From the NCBI GenBank assembly GCA_002269645.1, contig NIVC01001624.1, forward strand, positions 22,141-86,140: a DNA stretch of 64,000 nt, read 5' to 3'. Below the pieces are notes generated by a model. That model was not told the origin of the DNA and made no database searches. It saw only the letters and a list, made by a program, of their open reading frames with translations. A program made the translations under genes and the position numbers. How positions within the stretch are numbered: position 1 is the stretch's first letter; each line of letters opens with the position of its first letter. This DNA comes from Macrostomum lignano (taxonomy: Eukaryota). This document shows positions 1 through 13,000 of the stretch, in pieces.

Positions 1-2651
1 GTACAGGCCGGAGGGCGAGTTATAGTTGTTGTGGAACACCTGCTTGGTGCGCCCGCCCGGCGTGGTGGTCACCGTGCGGCCGATGTTGAAGGGCCGCGGG
101 CTGTTGTTGAACCCGCCGCCGCCTGCGGCGTACCCGGGAGAAGATGGGCCCGCCGGCTGGGGGGAGCCGCTCGCCTGCAGATGGAGGGAGGCGGTACAGT
201 CTGAGCTTTCAAATATTCTGGGGTTCTGGGATTTTGGGATTCTGGGATTTTTGGTTATTTGGGATTTTGGGAATCTGAGATTTTGGAATTCCGAGATTTC
301 GGGATTCCTCGATTCTGGAACTCTGTGATATTTGATTCTGGGATTTTGGATTCTGGGATTTCGGAATTCTGGGATTTCGGGAGTCTGGGATTTCGGGATT
401 CCAGGAAGTTGGAATTTTGGGAATCTGAAATTTTGGGAATCAGGGATTTTGGGAATCTAGGATTTTGAGAATCTGGGATTTTGGGAATCTGGGATTTTGG
501 AAATCTAGGATTTCGGGATTCTGGGATTTTGGAAATCTAGGATTTCGGGATTCTGGGATTTTGGAAATCTAGGATTTCGGGATTCTGGGATTTTGGAAAT
601 CTAGGATTTCGGGATTCTGGGATTTTGGAAATCTAGGATTTCGGGATTCTGGGATTTTGGAAATCTAGGATTTCGGGATTCTGGGATTTTGGAAATCTAG
701 GATTACGGGATTCTGGGATTTTGGAAATCTAGGATTTCGGGATTCTGGGATTTTGGAAATCTAGGATTTCGGGATTCTGGGATTTTGGAAATCTAGGATT
801 TCGGGATTCTGGGATTTTGGAAATCTAGGATTTCGGGATTCTGGGATTTTGGAAATCTAGGATTTCGGGATTCTGGGATTTTGGAAATCTAGGATTTCGG
901 GATTCTGGGATTTTGGAAATCTAGGATTTCGGGATTCTGGGATTTTGGAAATCTAGGATTTCGGGATTCTGGGATTTTGGAAATCTAGGATTTCGGGATT
1001 CTGGGATTTTGGAAATCTAGGATTTCGGGATTCTGGGATTTTGGAAATCTAGGATTTCGGGATTCTGGGATTTTGGAAATCTAGGATTTCGGGATTCTGG
1101 GATGCTGAAATTTTGGAAGATAAAAATCTTAAATGCTGTGTCCCAGTGTTTCAAAATGGTCCTTGATGTTAAGATTTGGTTTCGATTCGTTCATCATGGC
1201 AAAGCGGAACCACAGATTGAAAAGCCGTGGAAATCTCCGCGGGTGGTCGAATCCCTCCTTGGGCTGCGATCTCCGGCTCTAAGCTTCCTCTGTGTCCAAG
1301 GCCGTATGCTTCACTTGTGCGCGTTTCAATGACATGCTCCTTCACTGGCACAAATAATTCATACTTATTTCTCCTGTGTACTTATAATCTAGTTTAAATG
1401 CTGCCCAGCTACACTGCCGGGATGCCAATTCAATAAAAACCATCGGAATCTCGAAATGGCTGACGCTTACGCCCGAGCGCGCTAATGTCACACGCGCTTC
1501 ATCAACCGCGGCCTTCCCCGAGAAGCAGGGCTTGGAAGATGTGAAAGCGATCTGCAAGGCGGTGCTGAGCTTCATTTTGCAGAGTCTGCAGCCGCACTTT
1601 GCCAGTTGCTGGGCGGGCGGGACTTCCATTCAGATTTCTAATTGAAGATGCGCCCGTCAAATCCCCGGGGGGAAGGGGGGGCTGTGCGGTTCGAATTGGC
1701 CACGACCGCCTTCCCCTCTGCCCGGACAGAAGTGCGCGGACTGGCAGACAATGCGCGAAATGTCAGGAGCAGCGGAAATGCCACTCAGCTGGAGCTGCGG
1801 GAGAAGAACTGAAGATCCGCCCTGCCACTTGCGGCCTTGCACTGCGATGGCCCTTGACTAAGTCTCGCGAGGTCTGGGGCTCGGGTTCTTGCTTACCAAG
1901 GGGCGCCAGCACCAAAGGGCGCCAGCACCAAGGGGCGCCAGCACCAAGGGGCGCCAGCACCAAGGGGCGCCAGCACCAAAGAGCGCCAGCACCAAGGGGC
2001 GCCAGCACCAAAGGGCGCCAGCACCAAGGGGCGCCAGCACCAAAGGGCGCCAGCACCAAGGGGCGCCAGCACCAAGGGGCGCCAGCACCAAGGGGCGCCA
2101 GCACCAAGGGGCGCCAGCACCAAGGGGCGCCAGCACCAAGGGGCGCCAGCACCAAGGGGCGCCAGCACCCTTGCCAAGGCCAAGTCCTGCCTTCACCTCC
2201 TGGCTGCTTCCCTGCCCCTCTCCTCATAAGCTGCATTTACCCTCGGTACACTGTTGTAGGTTGCGCCTGCGGCAGCCGCCATTGCAGCTTGGCTTCGGTG
2301 CTGCTGCTGCTGAGGCGGAGGCGCCACCTGCTGCACCGCCGGCCGCCAAGTCGCGGTGGCAACGCCAGCCGCTCCATCGGCTCCGCCTCGCTGCACAAAG
2401 AATTCGACGCTGTTGCCGGAGCGGATGATCTCCATCTTGGCGGCCTCGTGCTGCATGGCCCCAGCTGGCGCGCCGTTGATGGCGAGCACCAGGTCGCCCG
2501 CGCGGAGGCCGCACCGCTCCGCCACCGAGCCGGCGGCGACGCTCTCAATGGTCAGCGGGGCCTGGAACTCGGCGCCGCCGTGCAGCCGGAAGCCCCACGG
2601 CTGCGAGGTGTCCGGCCGGCTCAGGCTGACTCGCTGCTGCTGCTGCGACAT
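1..2651 (-). CDS. PDZ + ZM-motif protein of the Zasp/ALP/Enigma (PDLIM) family, 5' part; exon 1 2651-2241, exon 2 174-1 (continues beyond the window)
   Basis: Exon 1 encodes an N-terminal PDZ (PWGFRLHGGAEFQAPLTI...GDLVLAING). Donor AGG|GTAAAT at 2240 and acceptor CTGCAG| at 175 are both phase 0. Exon 2 reads ASGSPQ...FNNSPRPFNIG...VFHNNYNSPSGLY, matching the ZASP-like (ZM) motif. Confidence 0.9.
212..1102. repeat. Intronic minisatellite; 8-bp subunits building a 32-bp unit (GGGATTCT GGGATTTT GGAAATCT AGGATTTC)
   Basis: Degenerate 8-mers from ~212; near-perfect 32-mers from ~500 to 1100. Confidence 0.95.
1896..2168. repeat. Intronic 16-bp minisatellite (GGGGCGCCAGCACCAA)n
   Basis: About 17 tandem copies read directly. 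Confidence 0.95.
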
Positions 2652-3239
2652 TTCTGCTTTGCAGAGGCAATTCGCCCTCTGCCGAAGCGTAGGCGCGCGC
2701 TTTTATTAGAAACTGGGCTCGGAGGGCAATCAGGGGAAGAAAGCGGGAAGGGGCAAACGGGGCAGAGAAAGAGGCGCCTTCAACTTTCCATGCGCTCCGG
2801 CGCGTACACAGCGGCGACCCCTGGAGTTTACGACCGAATTGTTGGCCAGGGCTGAACTTTCCACCGAAAGGGAGAAAAATGCGCAGAGACGGCGGCCGGG
2901 CGGGCGGCGGCGAGGAAAGCGGGAGAAATTTTTTGCCTGCGGCGAAAATTCGACGCCCCCCCCTATTTCGGATCAGCCGATTCGAGGTTCAAACGCGCCG
3001 AACGAATCGAGCCGAAGAGCTGCGGGCAGCGGATTAAGAAGTTCGCGAGAGATGAAAGCGGATGAATTCATAAGCGAGTCTGATCGATGCTTTTAAAATA
3101 CCCAAACACGAATTTGCGCGCAGGAGGCCCGACGTGCAGCAGAAAAGTACAAACTCTGGTGCACCAGGACTGGTAAGCTGCCTTCGAGGTAGCAACTTCG
3201 GTCCGACTTCATACCGTATTGGGTGAACTGTCTTCTACA

Positions 3240-5055
3240 TCAACTGTCACCGACAGGACTGTCAAATTCAACCTGTCACCGACAGGAACTGTCAGACACA
3301 ACCTCTCACCAACAGGAACTGTCAGACACAACCTCTCATCAACAGGAACTGTCAGACAACCTGTCACCAACAGGAACTGTCAGACAACCTGTCACCAACA
3401 GGAACTGTCAGACACAACCTCTCACCAACAGGAACTGTCAGACACAACCTCTCACCAACAGGAACTGTCAGATTCAACCTGTCACCAACAGGAACTGTCA
3501 GATTCAACCTGTCACCAACAGGAACTGTCAGACTCAACCTGTCACCGACAGGAACTGTCAGACACAACCTGTCACCAACAGGAACTGTCAGACTCAACCT
3601 GTCACCGACAGGAACTGTCAGACACAACCTGTCACCAACAGGAACTGTCAGACACAACCTGTCACCAACAGGAACTGTCAGACACAACCTCTCACCAACA
3701 GGAACTGTCAGACACAACCTCTCACCGACAGGAACTGTCAGACACAACCTGTCACCAACAGGAACTGTCAGACTCAACCTGTCACCAACAGGAACTGTCA
3801 GACTCAACCTGTCACCGACAGGAACTGTCAGACACAACCTCTCACCGACAGGAACTGTCAGACACAACCTGTCACCAACAGGAACTCTCAGATTCAACCT
3901 GTCACCAACAGGAACTCTCAGATTCAACCTGTCACCAACAGGAACTGTCAGACACAACCTCTCACCGACAGGAACTGTCAGACACAACCTGTCACCAACA
4001 GGAACTGTCAGACTCAACCTGTCACCAACAGGAACTGTCAGACTCAACCTGTCACCGACAGGAACTGTCAGACACAACCTGTCACCAACAGGAACTGTCA
4101 GACTCAACCTGTCACCAACAGGAACTGTCAGATTCAACCTGTCACCAACAGGAACTGTCAGACTCAACCTGTCACCAACAGGAACTGTCAGATTCAACCT
4201 GTCACCAACAGGAACTCTCAGATTCAACCTGTCACCAACAGGAACTGTCAGACTCAACCTGTCACCAACAGGAACTGTCAGATTCAACCTGTCACCAACA
4301 GGAACTGTCAGACACAACCTGTCACCAACAGGAACTCTCAGATTCAACCTGTCACCGACAGGAACTGTCAGACTCAACCTGTCACCAACAGGAACTGTCA
4401 GACACAACCTGTCACCAACAGGAACTCTCAGATTCAACCTGTCACCGACAGGAACTGTCAGACACAACCTGTCACCAACAGGAACTGTCAGACTCAACCT
4501 GTCACCGACAGGAACTGTCAGACACAACCTCTCACCAACAGGAACTGTCAGACACAACCTGTCACCGACAGGAACTGTCAGACACAACCTGTCACCAACA
4601 GGAACTGTCAGACTCAACCTGTCACCGACAGGAACTGTCAGACACAACCTCTCACCAACAGGAACTGTCAGACACAACCTGTCACCGACAGGAACTGTCA
4701 GACACAACCTGTCACCAACAGGAACTGTCAGACACAACCTGTCACCAACAGGAACTGTCAGACTCAACCTGTCACCGACAGGAACTGTCAGACACAACCT
4801 CTCACCAACAGGAACTGTCAGACACAACCTGTCACCGACAGGAACTGTCAGACACAACCTCTCACCAACAGGAACTGTCAGACACAACCTGTCACCAACA
4901 GGAACTGTCAGACTCAACCTGTCACCGACAGGAACTGTCAGACACAACCTCTCACCAACAGGAACTGTCAGACACAACCTGTCACCAACAGGAACTGTCA
5001 GATTCAACCTGTCACCAACAGGAACTCTCAGATTCAACCTGTCACCAACAGGAAC
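3240..5055. repeat. 30-bp minisatellite (CAACCTGTCACCAACAGGAACTGTCAGACA)n, ~60 copies
   Basis: Directly visible periodicity. The unit has no stop codon in several frames, which creates the spurious 550-650 aa ORFs. Confidence 0.97.
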
Positions 5056-5866
5056 CGTACAACGCTGTCACGGGCACAAAATGTGGCTTGACAGATCGCG
5101 AAATGAATACAAGAATTGAATTTCTCCATGCCAAGCATGCGAGCTTATCGGATTAGCCTAATCCCTTGATCAATAAATATTTCTCGGCAAAGTGCAGCAA
5201 ATGTTTGCGCTTAGCGAAGCCAGAAATTCCTACGCCAACAAAAACAGCACGTACGAGTATTTGGCGCAGAAATGCCTGGAGGCCCGCGATTCCCAGAAAT
5301 CGTACTGGGGGTCTGCGGCTACTGCCAACTCAAAACAGCTCAGTCAGAGACTGGAGGAAGAGCAACTCTGAGCAGCAGTGCGAGCAGACGCAGAATTTCC
5401 GGGTCAAAGTGTTGTTTTTCTCGGAAGATTTAGCCAACAACTCGCTCGTCATCTACTCTTAGTAGCAATGCACCAACTTTACTGTTTAAAATGTATGACC
5501 CGGGGACGTGGCAACCTTGGACTGAGGCAAAGTAGGCAAAGAGTCTTTCAAGCTTTGAACACTTGCGCTGCTGCAGGTGGCCGCGGTGGTTCCCGCAGAA
5601 CCTGTCACTCAATCGCATTCAGTACGTCATCGTAAAAAATAAACTCGGAATCGCGGTAGTTTTCATCGTTGAGTTCACCCAGCCAACGAACTGGTCCAGT
5701 GGCTCGGCTGGACCAGTGCTAGAAATTACTTTGACAAGTTCGGGCCTTATGCCGCACACTGAGTCCAACCAATGCTCCACTCCAGGGCAATCTCGTGAGC
5801 AAGAGTTGTCTCACGAGTTCCTGAGTATACCCATTAATGGGTAACTTAGTTCCACGCAGCTGTGCA

Positions 5867-6113
5867 CAGGGGCGTCGCCATGGATTTTATGGTGGGGGGG
5901 GGGGACAAAGCCAAGAATTCTACATGTACATTACTAGCAGAATCGGTGTTTTCAGCGCTCATTTTAGCGCCACAGGCACTCATTATTGGCGCCGCAGGCA
6001 CTCATTTTAGCGTCGCAGGCACTCATTATTGGCGCCGCAGGCACTCATTTTAGCGCCACAGGCACTCATTATTGGCGCTTCAGGCACTCATTTTAGCGTC
6101 GCAGGCACTCATT
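5867..6113. mobile_element. Short interspersed element with CAGGGGCGTCGCC end, poly-G tract and internal 21-22 bp repeats
   Basis: AGGCACTCATTATTGGCGCCGC / AGGCACTCATTTTAGCGTCGC alternate. Similar GGCGTA...poly-G heads occur at ~16951 and ~51766. Confidence 0.5.
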
Positions 6114-7039
6114 TGACTTGAGTTCATTCTCAACTGCTGTAGCAGCTGTTTGTGCTTTTAGTATGACCACAAAACTATTCAAGTCAAGAACGAGGATTTC
6201 AAAACCTTGGTTCAAGGTTTACAATCAATCTCCCCATGCAGAAGATGAAGGCGTTTGCGAAGACTTTGAGATGTCAGGATTTCGTCAATTGACTATGCTG
6301 ATGACAATGTATATTTGCCGGTGGCAACGCGGCTTGCACACACACTGGTCAACACGCAAAAGAATGTCTGGGATAAAAATGAGTCAGACAGGCTCAGCCG
6401 CAGCAAGTGGGGCTGTCAGCTGCTAGAAGCAGAACTTAGGAGACACAGCGAGCAGTTCAGAACGCAAAAAGCATTGCTGCAAGCAGTGAGCAGCAGCAGC
6501 AGCAGACACCCAAAGATAAGAGCGCAAACAGTTTGTACAAAGCAGGGAAATGAGGACAAAGACGGGAACAAAGAGCAATATTAAATGTGAGAAATGGCTG
6601 GGCATAAAACGCTGAAGCAGTGACAGAACTTGCTTCAAACACAAGAAAACTAAAACAGGAGGGAATAACCACGGGGTGCAAAACAACATGTACAACAGCA
6701 AGCGGGTGCCGGGCATGCCAGACACAAGCAGGTGTGCACTTGAACTGCACAAACAGATCAGAGGGAACATGTGTGCACTATTAGTAGGCAAAACACTGAA
6801 TGGAAAAGTGCATAAATTCGTGAATATTTGCTTGCTACTGCAATTGTTAGCACTAAATATGAAAAAAATCCATTTTAATTGCGTTATTAACCTATCCATT
6901 TTATGAGCCGGTGCTAATAGTGAGTATTAAAAAGGAATTCATAAACTACAATAAAATCAAATATTTGTATGTACAGTCAATTTCATCCGAGACCCCCGTA
7001 GTCCCGCAGCCCAGATTCTGTCCCCTAAAAGCAGAAATC

Positions 7040-10000
7040 TCAAAGCCCTGGCGAGCTGCCGGCGCCGCGTAGTCGCTGCGAGCAGCGCCTGGAGCTGCCG
7101 GCATCGGCGGCCTCCGCAGAGCTGCCAACGACAGGCGATTCCGGCGCTGCGGCGGCTGTCGGCGCGGCGTCGCCACCAGCGCGGCTTAAGTCGGGCCGGC
7201 AGCGTCGGTTGTGGCGTCGGAGCGCCGTTCGCGACTGGCGCGGCGGAGGCGGCATGGGCGGGTAGAAATCCTCGGCCAGGAATTCGGCCAGCGAGTCCGC
7301 GACCTCCCCGCCAACTGGCGGCATCCGAGGCAGCACCTTCGGGAGGCGGGACTGCGGATCGGCGGCTTCAGCGGGTCGCGAGCTGTCGGATCGGCGCTGC
7401 CGTTTCTCTTCGGACGGCGCCGCTAAGTCGCCATCGCCGGATTTTTCTGCGGAATCTCCGACGGCCGCCGTCTCCAGGGAAACGTGCCGACGCCGCAGGC
7501 GGCGCTCTCTGGCTGTTAGAGCGGTCAGGGGCGACGGAGGACGCAGCAGCGGCAAAGGTCGCGATTCGGCCGGCCACTGCTGCGACTCCCCGGTTGCTGC
7601 CGGGGTGGCCGTCTCTTTGGCTTTGGCGTAGCGTCTGGCGGTTGCCGCGGCGTCTTCAAGAGCGCGCCTGTGCTTTGTGACGGCAGTGTCCATGACAACA
7701 GGAGCATCCATGGCAACTGGATCAATAGAAATCTTGGCTGTCGGATGCTTGGCAATCTCGGACTCGGCCAATTCCATAGCTTTTGAAGCGTCCTTAGTAA
7801 CCACATCGTCTTCAGACACCGAGGGGCTTCCGCTAACAGCTTCCGCTGCAAGATTCTGTGCGCGCCTGTCCAAGCAGGATGTCTTAGAAGAGCTCCTAAC
7901 TGGTGGTGCACTCTTCATAGCGGTGTTCAAAACAGGAGCTTCTGTAGCAAAAGCAGTTTCCATGACAACAGGTGCTTCTTTTGAAACAAGAGCTTCTTCT
8001 TCAGGAGCTGAATCTCCAGCGGCAACTGCAGCCTCTTCAGAAACGGACAATTCCTTAGCAAAATCTTCCGTAGCAACGGAGACATCCATAGGAATGGAGG
8101 CGACGTTATCAACAGGGGCATCAATAACAGAGGAAACTTCCTTAGCAACGGGGGCATCCATAGCATCAGGAGCGTCCTTAGCAACAGGGGTGTCTACAGT
8201 AGCGAACACTTCCATAGCAACGGAAGCGACCTTAGCAACAGGGGCGTCCATAGCAGCGGAAACTTCCTTAGCAACAGAGGCTTCCTTAGCAGCGGCAGGT
8301 TTCGCAGCTGCAGGAGTTTCCTGAGCCACGGCAATTTTAGCCGCATGGGCAGCCCTAGATGCGGGAGTTATATTCAAAACACAATGGTCCATGATAGTAG
8401 CGGCGTCCTTGACAACAGTTTCAGTTGTCAAAGCAGCGGACGGCTCTTTTTCAACAGGGGCTGCTGATGCAGTGGCATCTTCGACTGTCTCAGCGCCCTC
8501 GTCACTGCCATTCTCGGCTTCAGACTTAGCGCCTTCTTTGTTGCTATGGCTACCAGCCTCATCCAGGTCGTCGTTGACGCTGCCTCGCCGGCGAACCTGT
8601 CGCCGAAGTTTCCTCTCATCCAGCAGGCCGGTGCCGAGGTGGCCGAGGCTGCGTGACTCGGAGCAGTGGCTCAGGCGGTTGCGCACCTTTGCAGGCAGCT
8701 CCTCGCCGTCGGCGTAGACGAATCGCCGCTCCAGCTGGCATTCGTCGCCGGTGGCGAAGCGCACCCGAAATTCGTCCACAATGCTGCTGCCCATGAAGCG
8801 CACGGTGTACACCTGGGGATGGGGCAGGGGAGGCTGCAGCCTGAGCACAATGGCTCTCGTGCATTCAGCAACGTCAACTACTGCTGTTTTTGCGTCATCT
8901 CTGACTTCGGTGGCTGCTGACCTTCAGCCCTTCACCTAGGCAGAGCTTCTGGACCCTCAACAGGTGGCGACTATGGACCCCATGTTGCGAATTTCTCAAA
9001 CATCGCTGATCAAGCTATGACAGCGGCTAAGAAGTCATGCCCATTCTGCTGACTACGCACCCGCTCAGCCAAGGAGTACAGCGGGCCTGACTTTCTACTG
9101 CACACTGGCATCCATGGGTGCGAATCGCGAGGAAACTCAAAATTTACTCAACACTAGTTACAAGTTGAGAGCAGCCAGAATAACTGGCTGCTCCCATTAA
9201 AAAGAGCATAGAAGATGCAAACCTCATTGTTAGTCCAGACCACTTTAGTCATGTCGCCAACGCTCGGCATCTCGGCGTCCTCGGCAACATCGATGAAGCT
9301 GGACCGAGGCACGTCCTCGCTGAACGAGCCGTCCTGAAAGTCCACGGAGAACTGCTGCGCGCTGACCCGCTGCACAACCTGGCCCGGGTAGTACCTGCCG
9401 TTCTTGTGCTTGGCCACCACCCGGTCCCCGGCCTTGATCTGCACCGGCGGCTGCGACTCCGAGCTGGCGAAGGAGCCCCGGTGCCGCCGGCAGGTGATCC
9501 ACGAGGGCCAGGGCCAGTCGTACACCTCGATCAGCGCGCCAGAGTAGTAGGCGCAGCCGGGGTGGAAGTGCGTGCTGCAGTTGTAGGAGCACTTGCACAG
9601 CGGGTGCGGCCCCGCCTTGCCGTTGCACACCGAGCACCTGCGGTCGGGACAGTTGGCTTTAGGGCTGCTGATCCCCTGCTGACTCTCCCTGATGCATCCT
9701 GACTCACCCTGATGTATCCTGACTCACCCTGATGTATCCTGACTCACCCTGATGTATCCTGACTCACCCTGATGTATCCTGACTCACCCTGATGTATCCT
9801 GACTCACCCTGATGTATCCTGACTCACCCTGATGTATTCTGACTCTCCCTGATGCATCCTGACTCACCCTGATGTATCCTGACTCTCCCTGATGTATCCT
9901 GACTCACCCTGGTGTATCCTGACTCACCCTGATGTATCCTGACTCTCCCTGATGCATCCTGACTCACCCTGATGTATCCTGACTCTCCCTGATGTATCCT

Positions 10001-13000
10001 GACTCACCCTGATGTATCCTGACTCTCTCTGCCGCCTCCTGACTCTCCCTGATGCATCCTGACTCACCCTGATGCATCCTGACTCTCCCTGCCGCCTCCT
10101 GACTCTCCCTGATGCATCCTGACTCTCCCTGATGCATCCTGACTCTCCCTGCCGCCTTCTGACTCTCCCTACCGCCTCCTGACTCTCCCTGCTGTCTCCT
10201 GACTCTCCCTGCTGTCTCCTGACTCTCCCTGTTGCCTCCTGACTCTCTCTTCTGCCTACTGACTCTCCCTGATGCATCCTGACTCTCTCTGATGTATCCT
10301 GACTCTCTCTGATGTATCCTGACTCTCCCTGCCGCCTCCTGACTCTCCCTACCGCCTCCTGACTCTCCCTACCGCCTCCTGACTCTCCCTGCTGTCTCCT
10401 GACTCTCCCTGCTGTCTCCTGACTCTCCCTGTTGCCTCCTGACTCTCTCTTCTGCCTACTGACTCTCCCTGTCACCACCTGACTCTCCCTGTCACCACCT
10501 GACTCTCCCTGTCACCACCTGACTCTCCCTGTCACCACCTGACTCTCCCTGTCACCGGATGACTCTCTCTGCCACCTCCTGACTCTCCTTGCCGCCTCCT
10601 GACTCTCCTTGCCGCCTCCTGACTCTCCCTGCTGTCCCCCGACTCTCCCTACTGCCTCCTGACTCTCCCTGTCACCTCCTGACTCTCCCTGCTGTCTCCT
10701 GACTCTCTCTGTTGCCTCCTGACTCTCCTTGATGTCTCATGAATCACCCTATTGCCTCCTGACTCTCCCTGCTGCCTCCTGACTCTCCCTGTCACCACCT
10801 GACTCTCCCTGTCACCACCTGACTCTCCCTGTCACCGGATGACTCTCTCTGCCACCTCCTGACTCTCCCTGTCACCTCCTGACTCTCCCTGCTGTCTCCT
10901 GACTCTCTCTGTTGCCTCCTGACTCTCCTTGATGTCTCATGAATCACCCTATTGCCTCCTGACTCTAACTGCTGCCTCCTGACTCTCTCTTCTGCCTACT
11001 GACTCTCCCTGTCACCACCTGACTCTCCCTGTCACCACCCGACTCTCCCTGTCACCGGATGACTCTCTCTGCCACCTCCTGACTCTCCCTGTCACCTCCT
11101 GACTCTCCCTGCTGTCTCCTGACTCTCTCTGTTGCCTCCTGACTCTCCTTGATGTCTCATGAATCACCCTATTGCCTCCTGACTCTCCCTGCTGCCTCCT
11201 GACTCTCCCTGTCACCACCTGACTCTCCCTGTCACCACCTGACTCTCCCTGTCACCACCTGACTCTCCCTGTCACCGGATGACTCTCTCTGCCACCTCCT
11301 GACTCTCCCTGTCACCTCCTGACTCTCCCTGCTGTCTCCTGACTCTCTCTGTTGCCTCCTGACTCTCCTTGATGTCTCATGAATCACCCTATTGCCTCCT
11401 GACTCTAACTGCTGCCTCCTGACTCTCTCTTCTGCCTACTGACTCTCCCTGTCACCACCTGACTCTCCCTGTCACCCGATGACTCTCTCTGCCACCTCCT
11501 GACTCTCCTTGCCGCCTCCTGACTCTCCCTGCTGTCCCCCGACTCTCCCTACTGCCTCCAGACTCTCCCTGTCACCTCCTGACTCTCCCTGCTGTCCCCT
11601 GACTTTACCTGCTGCCTCCTGACGCCCCCTGCTGTCGTCTCCCTGATTCTCCTTGCTCTCTAATCCCAGCCCCGCACCCATCCTCAGCCAATTTCACACT
11701 GTCTGCTTACAACTTGGCGGCTTTGCCCTCTCCAGTCGATTTCCGCGGCAGCAGGATGGGCGACCGGCGGCCGAGGTCGCCGAAAGTGGCGCCGCGGACG
11801 GCCAACGCGCAGGCAACGTGCGCCCACATGACGGCGCCAGTAGATGCCGGGGCGTCGGCCAGCAGCGCAGGCTTGAGGGCGCCGCCGCGGTGTCGGCACA
11901 GACGGCACTGGGCAGCGGCAGCCGCCGCCTTGTCCACCCCAGCGGCGGTGTCGGAACAGCAGCGGTCGCAGAGCCAGCCGGCCGCTGGCGTGTCCTCCGG
12001 GCAGCCGTAGCAAAATGCGTGCACGGCCACTCGGCACCTGGTGAAGTTGAGGAAAATGTTATTTTACTTACTTAGTAAGTAGTGCCTAAGGAATGATGCT
12101 TCGATAATTTAGGTGCATAACTTAAAAGAATTGAGTATCCGAATGAACTAAACACAGATTTGACCAACTCAGGAGGCGGCAGAGGGTCAGGGGACAGCAG
12201 GGAGATTTAGGAAGGCAGCAGGGAGAGTCAGGGGACAGCAGGGGCAGTCAGGGGACAGCAGGAAGGGTCAGGGGACATCAGGGAGGGTCAGTGGACAGCA
12301 GAGAGGGTCAGGGGACAGCAGAGGCAGTCAGGGGCAGTCAGGGGACAGCAGAGGCAGTCAGGGGACAGCAGGGGCAGTCAGGGGACAGCAGGGGCAGTCA
12401 GAGGACAGCAGGGGCAGTCAGAGGACAGCAGGGGCAGTCAGGGGCAGTCAGAGGACAGCAGGGGCAGTCAGGGGCAGTCAGAGGACAGCAGGGGCAGTCA
12501 GGGGACAGCAGGGGCAGTCAGAGGACAGCAGGGGCAGTCAGGGGACAGCAGGAGCAGTCAGGGGACAGCAGGGGCAGTCAGGGGAAGGCAGAGAGCCAGC
12601 AGCACTCCCAATGTCTGAGTGAGAACAATCTGAGCCAGTTAGCAGCAAGGCGCAGACCTGGCACACTGCAGCACAGCGGAGAATTCCACAGTAGACCGGC
12701 CCAGATCGAAGGGGCCGTCCTTGGCGAACAGCAGCTCGGGCAGCCAGACTGAGGAGCGGCTCTGCGGGCACTGCTTCCTAGGCGAGAAGCCGGACCAGAG
12801 GACCTCGGCGCGGCGGTCCGGCAGCAGGAAGAAGGTGCAGACGGCGCAGTGCGGCTCCACCAGCGCCATTCGCTCGTTTAGCGCCGCCTCCGCCGCCGGG
12901 TTGGCCGGCGCGTCCGCCCACAGGGCGCCCTGGGCGGCCACGAAGCGGCGGCCGCTGGCGCCGAACTGCACCGGGCAGGCGTCGGCGGAGACGGTGGCGG

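Noticed and set aside
1100-1630. Short ORFs inside the PDZ-gene intron
   Set aside because: No recognisable motif and no phase-consistent splice sites that I could support.
3219-5156. Three overlapping 557-645 aa ORFs
   Set aside because: They are artefacts of a stop-free 30-bp minisatellite open in several frames on both strands, with no non-repeat coding context or splice support.
5280-5850. Possible restriction-like endonuclease remnant (VIVKNK...FIVEFTQP)
   Set aside because: The match is too short and degenerate to call without a profile search.
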